Origin: Callorhinchus milii
Taxonomy: Eukaryota
Assembly (NCBI RefSeq): GCF_018977255.1
Contig: NW_024704743.1
Span: 1,488,001 to 1,552,000 of the forward strand
Direction of reading: 5' to 3'
Length of the DNA stretch: 64,000 nucleotides
In this document: one piece after another, positions 12,778 to 24,775 of the stretch
Layout of the letters: the number at the start of each line of letters is the position of its first letter
How positions within the stretch are numbered: position 1 is the stretch's first letter
Position numbers and translations under genes: made by a program
The notes under the pieces: model-generated
The model's input: only the letters and a program-made list of their open reading frames with translations
Database searches by the model: none
What the model was told of the DNA's origin: nothing

Positions 12778-15676
12778 TCTCTCTCCCTGGATGGGGCTGG
12801 GGGTTGCTTCCTGCTTACCTAGTTCCGGACAGTATTAGGCATAGGTTGGCAAGGTCCAAGGCTTGGGGTGGGGGGGGGTGGGGGGGGGGGAGAGCCGAGA
12901 GTGTGCATTGGGGGTAACTGCTAACCAACTAAACACAGGATACATTGTAAAGTGAATCGACTGTGTATGTTGTGGGCGAAACGCAGCAGCCAATTGAGCA
13001 CAGCAGCGTCCCCGCAAACAGCCGTGGGTTGATTGACCACATTAATACTCAAAGCGGTGGGTGTTATCGGGGGGGGGGGGGGGGAGAGGGGTAGATTGAT
13101 AAGCCATGGGGGGGCTAGTTTGCGAGATCCTCAGAACAATTAGCAAAAAGGCACAGACTCGCTCGATCGCTGTCTCTCTCCTCCCCACTAAGCCCCACCA
13201 TCGCTTCAGATGTTAATCCCTTCATGCCATGCTATTGTGCGGGGGCGGCGGGGTGGGGGTAGAGGGGGGGGAGGGTGTGGTTAGGGACTGAGCTGGGTGG
13301 GGAAACAAACTTGTGGAGGTTGACCTCCAACCAGGAGTGAGAGTTCAATAATGGAAGTGGGATGTGTGTGTGTGTGCGAGTGTGTGTGTGTGCGTGGGGC
13401 AGGTGAGGTGGGGGGGGAGGGGACTTAGATCTCATTCCCCCCTTCCCACAACAATGGGAGATATCTGAACGACCCTACTCACCCCCCCCCCCACCCCACT
13501 CCCCATCCCCACATCCCAAATCAGGTTAAATAAAAAGATCCCTCTTTTATCTCAGCTCAACCCAATTCAACTCAATCCAACCCAACTCAGCCCAATCCAA
13601 CCCAACTCAACCCAACCCAACCAACTCAACCCAACCAACTCAGCCCAATCCAACCCAACTCAACCCAACCAACTCAACCCAACCCAACCCAACTCAACCC
13701 AACCCAACTCAACTCAACCCAACCCAACCCAACTCAACCCAACCCAACCCAACCAACTCAACCCAACTCAACCCAACCCATCTCAACCCAACCAACTCAA
13801 CCCAACTCAACCCAACCCAACCCAACTCAACCCAACCCAACCCAACCAATTCAACCCAACTCAACCCAACCCAACCAACTCATTCCAACTCAACCCAACA
13901 TAACCCAACTCAACCCAACCCAACCCAATCCAACCCAACCAACTCAACCCAACCCAACCCAACCAACTCAACCCACCCCAACTCAACCCAACTCAACCCA
14001 ACTCAAACCAACCCAACCAACTCAACTCAACTCAACTCAACCCAACCCAACCCAACCAACTCAACTCAACCCAACCCAACCCAACCCAACCCAACCCAAC
14101 CAACTCAACCCAACTCAACCCAACTCGACCCAACCCAATCCAACCCAACCAACTCAACCCAACCCAACCCAACCAACCAACCCAACCCAATCCAACCCAA
14201 CCAACCCACCCCAACCAACTCAACCCAACCCAACCAAAGCAACCCAACTCCACCCACCCCAACTCAACCCAACCCAACTGAACCCAACCAACTCAACCCA
14301 ACCCAACTCGATCCAACCCAATCCAATCCAACCAACTCAACCCAACCCAGTTCAACCGAACTCAACCCAACCCAAGTCAACCCAACCAAACCCAACCAAC
14401 TCAATCCAACCCAACCCAATTCAACCCAACCCAACCTAACTCAACCCAACCCAACTCAACCCAACAACCATTAACTTAAGTCAATGTGTGTGCAGCAAGC
14501 AGCCAGAGATAAAAGATCGACTTACAAGTAAATGCTGGATTCATTCCCTCCGATGTCGGGTGACTGCAGCTTTTGAACGAGAATAAATATTATCCCAATG
14601 AACAGGATGAAGTTGACCTGTGTAATGGAGAGGCACGAACATAAGAATTTGCTGGACGAAAGCGTTTCAAGTGCTCTGGAACTCTCCCCTATCGGAGGGG
14701 CGCCAATATAAATGCGAGTCGTTGCTGTTATTGTTGTTGTTAAAAGAAAACGCAAGGTCCCACCAGTTCATCTTCCACCATCCTTGCACACATCGTACCC
14801 CAAACTATACATTATTTATTCCCTAAAAGAAATCTATCTGATTTGTTCTTGAAAGAATCAACACTTCCTGCTTCCACCGTCTGTCTCTCTCGGGAGCCTG
14901 TTCCATACATTTACTGCTCGCTCATCGAAGTAGATTTGATCTGAGTTTACCCCCCGCCCCCACCCACCATTGTAAGAGCGGGAGTAATGCAGGGTAGAGG
15001 ACAGCAATTACGAATCATAGAATTAATGACTAGTGCGAAGAAATCTGCTTTGGATTGGAAATCAATGTGATTTATGTGAATGTACGACTTAAGTGAATAT
15101 ATCATTTACAAAGATAAAACTTAGGGGAGATTTACTGCATAAATTTACATTTAACAACAACAACAGGCGTAGACACTGTGGGGTGGAATTGAGTTTCACA
15201 GGGTGGGGGCAGAGAGGGGTACGTTGACCGTAAACAAGGTCGAAGAGGAAAGTTTATTATTACTACTCACAAGGGTAAGGCCTATTATTATTTTAAGCTC
15301 CAGCACGTACCATGATTGATCCGATGACCGGTCCCTTTATGACCCACCAGAGAGCCCGATTTTCATTTGTTTCCCAACATCTGGCGAGAGAAGAGAATGG
15401 AGACATTTACTGAGCATTTCACATCCGTAACCCACACTGTTGGCCTATAATACAATAGCAATCCTTATTTGACCCAACGGCTTATCACGTCGTCGAGATG
15501 TCTCAAAGCGCTTCACAGGATAGACTGTAAAGCGAATTGGCTGTGTGTTTTGTGCGCCCAGCACAGTCGTGGGTTGAGTGACCAAACTTTTTTTGAAGGG
15601 ATTATTACCGCCGGAAAAGCGATCCACCGATCGACTAACGACCGGGTTCCTACTGGTTGCTGGTAAACAGAGGCGC

Positions 15677-15712
<36 letters not shown>

Positions 15713-17295
15713 AGTGAGGAAACTTGCCCAATGTCTCGCCCTGACCTGCCCGGGAATCGAACCCGGGTCCTCTCGCTTGCGAGGTGAGGGCTCTAACCCC
15801 TGAGCTACAGGACTTAACTCCCGGCTTAGCAGACGGACAACAGCTGCTTACCCAGAGTCATCAACGTGCAGACGCAAGATGGTCCAAATGGTCACACAGA
15901 TCGTTGGGGTACCTGAACGATAAAATCATCGAATATTTCTTAAATAATAATAATAATAATCTTTGCATTTGAGATACCACGTCTTCGAGGAACGGACTGA
16001 CTGTGCGTTTTGTGGGCGAAACGCGGCAGCCGATTGCGCACAGCAGCGTCGCCGCAAACAGCCGTGGGTTGAAGTGACCAAATTATTACTATTAGAAGTA
16101 TTATTTTTTTGAAGGAATTTTTTGTTTTGAAGGAAAAGACGCTGATGAAAGACACTCACCCCATCCGATGAGGATGTACCAATAAAAGTATCTTCGCTCC
16201 GGAAAGAAGGTCTCGACGAGCAGAGTGAAGAGGTAGAGACCTTCGATGAACAGCCAGAAGTAGTTGGACATCACGCAGTAATGGAAGAAGACCATCATGG
16301 CTTTGCAGTGCACCTGAAAGCAATGGGGGAAAGCAATAACAATAATAATTAAGAATTAATAATAATAATCCTGGCATTTGGTACAGCGCCTCATCACGTC
16401 TTCGAGACGTCTCGAAGCGCTTCACAGGATACACTGCAAAGTGTAGTGACTGTGTGTTTTTACATCTTGTACATATGATACATATTTAACCGGTTGTTAG
16501 CTCACTCACTACTTCCTTCTCCCTCTCCCTCCCTCTCACCCTCTCTCCCTCCCTTTCACTCTCTCTCCCTCCCTCTCACTCTCCCTCTCTCTCTCTCTAT
16601 CTCCCTCCTTCTCTCCCTCCCTCCCTCCCTCCCTCTCTCCCTCCCTCCCTCCCCCCCACCCTCTCACCGTGGAGATGGAGCAGTGGTTGGCATCTTCCTC
16701 TGAGTACAGAATGGCGTCTTTGATGAAGACCGAGATGGCTCGGAGGATGAAGGACATGAACAGGTTCATGTGGATGTAGTTCCGAGTGCAGTGAAGCTTC
16801 CTGGAAAGGCGGGAGAATCCGTGAGCGGACGGCAGAGTTCCACCTGATCGACGCGAGGGCTTCGAGCCCCATCTTGGGAGAACCGGGGCGGGGCGGGGGG
16901 GGGGGGTGGGGGGGTGGGGATGAGCTCTGTATTATCATACGCAACAGTGTTGTGCAGTGACTGTGTATTTTGTAGGCACAAGCGTTAGTCCATTGACGCT
17001 GATGTGAACGATCAATTTTTATATTGGTGTTGGGGGTGGGGGTGGGGGTGGGGGGGGGCGACGTTGTGGTGGAGAGGGGGTTGGTGCTGGTGGGAGGGAG
17101 AGGGGATTGTTGGCCAGAACACCGAGAGAGAGAGAGAGAGAGGGAGAGAAAACACCTTCTCTTTTCAAGTCCTCTCACGCTACCTTTAACGCACACACAC
17201 TCACACACACACTTACACACTCACACACACTCACACACACTCACACACACACTCACACACACTCAAACACACACTCACTCACACACTCACACACA

Positions 17296-17332
<37 letters not shown>

Positions 17333-17836
17333 ACACACTTACACACACACACTCACACACACACTCACACACACACACTCACACTCACACACACACACAC
17401 TCACTCACACACACTCACACACGCTCTCACACACACACACACACACTCACTCACACTCACACACACTCACTCACACACACTCACACACTCACACACTCTC
17501 TCACACACACACACACACTCACACTCACTCACACACACACATCCAAATACAGACTTCTACTTAAACCCTCGGACTGAATGCACTCTCAAGTAACTTCGAA
17601 GTACACTCATCATCAATCTTCCACATGTGTCAGTTGTTGGTCAGCGCGAAGGGTAAGAAACACTCAGGGGGGGGTAACAGGACTTTGATGGACACCCTGT
17701 TAAAAGTTCCTTCTCAACCCCAGAAAGGTGAACCCCCCCCTTCTCCCCCCAGAAAAAAAACGCTAACCACAGGGAGACCCGGTTAGAGTGCCACGGTCCG
17801 GTGTAAACACAGTTAAACCCTTGCTTATGTGCATGG

Positions 17837-17875
<39 letters not shown>

Positions 17876-20800
17876 TTGATTTTAACGCTGGGATTTAACA
17901 ACGAAATGGCCGCCGGTTCAAGGGAATTTACCGAAACCGGCAAAGGATGATCATAGCCGTTGCCAGGGACACCAAGGAAGTGCTGTAGCCGACGGTGTAA
18001 AGTGCCTGGACCGACACAAAGTACAAACCCTTCGGAGAGAGGGAGAGAGAGAGAGAGAGAGGGAGAGAGGGAGAGAGGGAGAGTGAGCGAGAGCACATCA
18101 AACGCTCAGCAAAACTACGCCTTGACAAGACACCGACATCTAATATTACAACGCAATTTACATTCAACCGCGCCCTGAGGTCAGGATGTTGCAAAGCTCT
18201 TCACCGTGCCGGCTGGGGTCTCGGGGATGGAGACAGGAGCCATTTAGGGGCGGGGAAGGGAGAGATATTTCCGCGGCACAAAACGTACAGTCACTGTGAA
18301 GCGCTTTGAGACGTCAAAGTGAGACTTTGAGACACCTCTATATAGTCTGATCTTAACAGTGACACCTCTATATCGTCTGATATTAACAGTGACATTAATA
18401 TATATATATATTACAGGCTGACAGACTGTGGGTCTGACAACCTCACCGCTTATAAAGAGCTTTTACCTGATCGTCCACATCGGTTTCGTTGTCGTCGTCA
18501 ACCCCGCAAGCGTCGTAGTAATGCGGGAAGGTTTCGGACCAGCCCTCCTCGGTGCAGTTTCTATAGATAAGCTCCAAAGCTGGAACGGTCCCCCCCCACG
18601 GGTTTCCGGGAAAGGACGAGGAGACAGAAAGGACGTAATAACGTAAGAATTTTGCCGGCCAAGGTCCATCCAGTTGGCCTCCCCCCCATCCTGGCCATCA
18701 CTTTGACACGTCACGTCCCACCCAAACTACACACTCTATCCCCGAGAGATTATTTTCGAGCGGAAATCGATTTGTTCTTGAAACAACAACAACAGCAACA
18801 GCAACAACAACAGCAAATCACATGTCGATTAGCGCCTTTCGCGTCGGGATGACCTCCCAAGACTCTGGTCGGCGGAGGCTTTGCACCCGAGACGTGTGCT
18901 GGCATCAGAGAGAGGGGGGCGAGAGGACAAGGTGGTAGAGAGAGGGAAAGATGACCGAAGATGCTGTCAAAGAGGAAGATCTTGAGAAGGGCCTTGAAGG
19001 AGGCAAGGGAGGGGTGGTTGGGGGGGGTTGGGGGTGGGGGGCTGGCGGTGGGTCGAGGGGTGGAGGGGCTCCGGCAGGGAGTTCCAGAGGTTGGGGACGG
19101 GATGGCTGAAGGCCAGACCGCTGATGGTGGAGTGAGTAGGACGGAGGATATGGACTCCTGACCAGTCTGTCATTTAGTGTTAAGAATCGGATAAAATTGT
19201 CCCATGGATAAGGTTCCTCCCTCCTTTGTTTAAGGTTCCTTCGGGTAAGGATAAGGTTCCTCCCTTCAGATAAGTATAAGGTTTGCCCTCGATAATGTTC
19301 TCCCCCATAATGTTCCCCTCAAATAAGCTTTCCCCCCAATTGGAAGCAGATAAGGTGGAGGGGTTGCCCGAAGGCGCGGTCAAAGAAGAAGGTCTTTAGA
19401 CGGGATGTGAAGGAGGCAAGAGAAGTGGGGGAGGTGAGGTGAGGCGGAAGGATTGCGGGATAGAGTTCCAGAGTGTGGGGGCAGAGGTGTTGATGCCCCA
19501 AGTTTGCATGTCTCACCCTGGTCAGTGTTGATAATCCTGAAGAACAGTGGACAATTGACCGACATAATGTCTCCGTACACTGTGTATGGCCAGCAAGTTA
19601 TGTTATCCCACATGCCAAGACATCCTGAGAGAGAGAGAGAGAGGGCAAAGGGTTAAACAGTGCTCGTCAACCATCAACTCACGGACTGTCACCATTGTTT
19701 AAATACAGCCGCTAAATAATAATAATAATAATAATAATAATAATCCTCCCCTTTGACCTTATCAGCGCCTTATCGCGTCTTGGAGACGTCTCAAAGCGCT
19801 TCACGGGGGCACACAGTAAAGTATAGTGACTGTGTGTGTGCGCTTTGCGGGCCAACGGGTGGTGGGCAGCCAATTGCGCCCAGCGACCTGCCCACAGACA
19901 ACAGTGGCCGGTTGGTAATGTATGACGGGGCTGCAGTTGGCAGAGGGAGTGCAGATCACCGGATGGACACAGGGTGGAAGCAGTGTGCAGACACCAATGG
20001 TTTCCCTTGGCGTTGGGGGCAGTTGGGATGGATTGATTAGCTTCTTTGTTGAAGGCGGAGGGACTTCCTGAGCCGGCACCACAATTCCCTTTAGTCAGCC
20101 TCATCCCACCCACTCAATCGCTGTCAAGCGAACAGCAGGCGAGGGGAAGAGGGGGCTCGGGGCCGGTGGGTGGGGTTGGGAGGGTGGTGGCGGGGGATGC
20201 GGTGGGGGGGGGTGGTGAGACTGTGCTTCTCGAGAGCACAATATAGTTGGATGAAAGGCTCACAGACAATCTGCCGCTCCACGGTCGAGGGGGGAAGAGC
20301 TTCCAAGGATTTTTGCCCCTTAACAATCGGACATCAGCCCAGGCATTAAAATGGATGTTTTTTTTCTTTCTTTTTTGGGGGAAAAGAAATGTTTTTCGTA
20401 CAGTTTCTTTATCTCCTTTTTTCTCCTACCCCTCTCCCTCCCTCCCCATCTCCCCCACGCCACCCCCGTTTCCCCCCGCCCCTCCCGCCCCGAAGGAAAA
20501 TCTTATGTTTTTCCCCCTGGCTCGGGCGGTAGAAAGCTCCCACGCTCTTGAACCGCGCCAGGTTGTGGGTTCGAACCCCCATCGGTGGTGGCGGTACTTT
20601 CAGCGCCCTAATTTATGGGACCTCTCCCTCAATCCCTCCCCCCCACCCCCCCACTCCTTCCCCACCTTCAGGAAACCCCTGAAGGCCTTCTTCTTTGACC
20701 AGGCATATGGCTATCTCTGTCTCCTCCTCATCATCTCTCTCTCTCTCTCTCCCTCCCTCTCTCTATCTCCGTCTTTCCCTGTCTGCTTCAGTTATGGGTC

Positions 20801-23800
20801 CGTCCGTCCGTCCGTCTGTCTGTCTGTCTGTCACATTGCCTGCTTCTTCTCGAAAAAGGACATAACTCCTTCAAAAGAAATAATAATTGGTCACTTCAAC
20901 CCCCGGTTGTTTGTGAGACGCTGCTGTGCGCAATCAGCTGCTGCGTTTCGCCCACAAAATACACAGTCACTTCACTTTATAATAACTATATTGCGTGAAG
21001 CGCTTTGAGAGCTCTCAATAATGTGATAACGCGATAGTAATAATTTAAGTCTTGCATCTGACACGGGACCTCGTCACGTCTTCGAGACGTCTCAAAGCGC
21101 TTCACAGCATACACCGCGAAGTGAAGTGACTGGATGTTTTGTGGGCGAAACACATACATTCGAACGCAATGATTATTATCATTGTTGTTATGATTAACAC
21201 GGGAGTTAATTTAGGGCCCAGCGATGTCCCACGAAGCATCTGTGAAACACAGTTCCCCCCCAGGTATCCAGGGGACCGACCCCCAGTACAGATCGGTTGT
21301 GTTTGATGGCGAAAGAGGTTAATGTGTCATCGAGTAGAAGCTGCAGACGGTCTGACTGTGCAGAGCTCCATCTGTTCGCAGAAGTCACACCTACGCCGAG
21401 TTCTCTTCATTTCAGTCGCTGCATCCACTTCAAAGTCCTCACGTCTGATAACAATAGTCATAATAATCCCGGCATTTGACACCCAGCGCCTTATCACGTC
21501 TTCGGGACCTCTCAAAGCGCTTCACAGAATATACCGTAAAGTGTAGTGACTGAGTGTTTTGCGGGCGAAACGCGGCAGCCGATTGCGCACGGCAGCGTCC
21601 CCACAAACAGCCGCGGGTTCAAGCGACCGAATTAATATCATTATTATTCTCTATTTCGAAGGAATTTTGACCCCAGGAAAAAGCCATCCGCCAACCGACT
21701 AACAACCGGGTTCCTCCTGACCGCGGGGCAAACAGAGGCGCGCGCACGCGCGTGTGTGTGTGGGGGGTGTTGGGGGGTGTGTGTGTGTGGGGGTGTGTGT
21801 GTGTGGGGGGGGGGGGTTGTGCGGGTGTAATCCATTCACAAAAATGGCAAATTTCAGTTGTGTTTCTGCGCTCTTTAAAAGTGGGTTCTCCTCCCGGCCA
21901 AACCCGGCCCCTTTCGGACACCGTGATCCGTTGGTAAAGACGGAGGGATTCTTACCCAGCTGGGGGTCGGCGTACCCCTCTTCCTCGATCAGCCTGTTCA
22001 GACATCGCTCTCGGTCTCGCTTGATCATGCATTCCGGGTGAAAGCCACAGACCTGCGAAACCATCGGCAATCGGGCAAAGCGTCACATTGATCCCGACGC
22101 TCGCTACAGCTCCTTATCGTGGAATCACAGAGTTATACGGCACAGAAGGGAGGCCGTTCGGCCCCGATCAACCCCACTCCCCCCGCGCTCTCCCCACAGC
22201 CCTGATCAACCCCACTCCCCCCGCGCTCTCCCCACAGCCCTGATCAACCCCACTCCCCCGCTCTCCCCACAGCCCTGATCAACCCCACTCCCCGCGCTCC
22301 TCCCACAGCCCCGATCAACCCCACTCCCCCGCGCTCTCCCCACAGCCCTGATCAACCCACTCCCCCGCGCTCTCCCCACAGCCCTGATCAACCCCACTCC
22401 CCGCGCTCTCCCACAGCCCTGATCAACCCCACTCCCCCGCGCTCTCCCCACAGCCCTGATCAACCCCACTCCCCCGCGCTCTCCCACAGCCCTGATCAAC
22501 CCCACTCCCCCCGCGCTCTCCCCACAGCCCTGACCATCCCCACACCCCCGCGCTCTCCCCACAGCCCTGACCATCCCCACACCCCCGCGCTCTCCCCACA
22601 GCCCTGACCATCCCCACACCCCCGCGCTCTCCCCACAGCCCTGATCAACCCCACTCCCCGCGCTCTCCCCACAGCCCTGATCAACCCACTCCCCCCGCGC
22701 TCTCCCCACAGCCCTGATCAACCCCACTCCCCCCGCGCTCTCCCCACAGCCCTGATCAACCCCACTCCCCCGCGCTCTCCCCACAGCCCTGATCAACCCC
22801 ACTCCCCCCGCGCTCTCCCCACAGCCCCGATCAACCCCACTCCCCCGCGCTCTCCCCACAGCCCTGATCAACCCCACTCCCCGCTCTCTCCCCACAGCCC
22901 TGATCAACCCCACTCCCCCGCGCTCTCCCCACAGCCCTGATCAACCCCCACTCCCCCCGCTCCCCCCACAGCCCTGATCAACCCCACTCCCCCGCGCTCT
23001 CCCCACAGCCCTGATCAACCCACTCCCCCCGCGCTCTCCCACAGCCCTGATCAACCCCACTCCCCCGCGCTCTCCCCACAGCCCTGATCAACCCCACTCC
23101 CCCGCGCTCTCCCTACAGCCCTGATCAACCCCACTCCCCCGCGCTCTCCCCACAGCCCTGATCAACCCCACTCCCCCGCGCTCTCCCCACAGCCCTGATC
23201 AACCCCACTCCCCCCGCGCTCTCCCCATAGCCCTGATCAACCCCACTCCCCCGCTCTCTCCCCACAGCCCTATCAACCCACTCCCCGCTCTCTTCCCCCC
23301 ATAACTCTGCAAAACTTGTCCTCCCCAAATAATGATCTATTATAGTTATTATGGCCACCTCCCTACCTCTCCGACCTGCTTACTCCACCTGCCCCCACCT
23401 CCCTCGGCCGGCTCTGGCCTCCTGCTTGTCCCTCGTCCCCTCTTCGCTCCACCATCGGCTTTCAGCCACTGCGCCCGGGAACTATGCGACTCTCTCCCTC
23501 GATCTCTCTGCCTCTACCCCCCTTCCTCAAGACCCTCCCTTCTTCAAACCGTGGCTACAGCCAGCCCCTCCGCCTCCCCCCGCTCCCCCCCGACCCCTGT
23601 GTCGTGTTCCTCCAGCGTTAAGCGCTCCGAGATGTGTTGTTGTTTCAAGTAATTGCTCCCTTACACAGCAGGAGATAATGTACAGGGGGCCACACACCAC
23701 CCCCACCCCCCCACATCCCCCCATTCCCCAAAGGCATTGACCCAACTCAAAATAATCCCAATCTGCACTTAAACCTCCGCTTCCAGGAATCCATCCAGTT

Positions 23801-24738
23801 TTACAATCCCCCCCCCTCCCCCCCCCAATAACATCGGACATTCACTCAACGGCTGTTTGTNNNNNNNNNNNNNNNNNNNNNNNNNNNNNNGTTTACACAC
23901 CGACGGACCCTCCAATTGGTACCTTAGGTGAATTACGATGGCGACGGTACGCGAGTGACCCATCAACCCCACCCCCCCCCACAGCCCTGCATCAACCCAT
24001 CCCCCCCCCCTCCCCCACAGCCCTGATCAACCCCACTCCCCCCGCGCTCTCCCCACAGCCCTGATCAACCCCACTCCCCCCGCGCTCTCTCCATAGCCCT
24101 GATCAACCCCACTCCCCCGCTCTCTCCCCATAGCCCTGATCAACCCCACTCCCCCGCTCTCTTCCCCCCATAACTCTGCAAACTTGTCCTCCCCAAATAA
24201 TGATCTCTTATAGTTATTATGGCACCTCCCTACCTCTCCGACCTGCTTACTCCACCTGCCCCCACCTCCGCTCGGCCGGCTCTGGCCTCCTGCTTGTCCC
24301 TCGTCCCCTCCTCCGCTCCACCATCGGCTTTCAGCCACTGCGCCCGGGAACTATGCGACTCTCTCCCTCGATCTCTCTGCCTCTACCCCCTTCCTCAAGA
24401 CCCTCCCCTTCTTCAACCGTGGCTACAGCCACCTCCGCCTCCCCCCGCTCCCCCCCGACCCCTGTGTCGTGTTCCTCCAGCGTTAAGCGCTCCGAGATGT
24501 GTTGTTGTTTCAAGTAATTGCTCCCTTACACAGCAGGAGATAATGTACAGGGGGCCACACACCACCCCCCACCCCCCCACCTCCCCCCATTCCCCAAAGG
24601 CATTGACCCAACTCAAAATAATCCCAATCTGCACTTAAACCTCCGCTTCCAGGAATCCATCCAGTTTTACAATCCCCCCCCCTCCCCCCCCAATAACATC
24701 GGACATTCACTCAACGGCTGTTTGTGGGAGAGAGAGAG

Positions 24739-24775
<37 letters not shown>

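Noticed and set aside
8081..14525. A 'hip' cassette exon upstream of hop
   Set aside because: No frame-preserving GT-AG exon with hip-like sequence found; the TT|gtacgt candidate near 12340 has no acceptor giving an open, frame-preserving exon.
22206..22913. 235-aa ORF and regularly spaced repeats that might suggest a CRISPR array
   Set aside because: Head-to-tail minisatellite with no unique spacers, in eukaryotic DNA.
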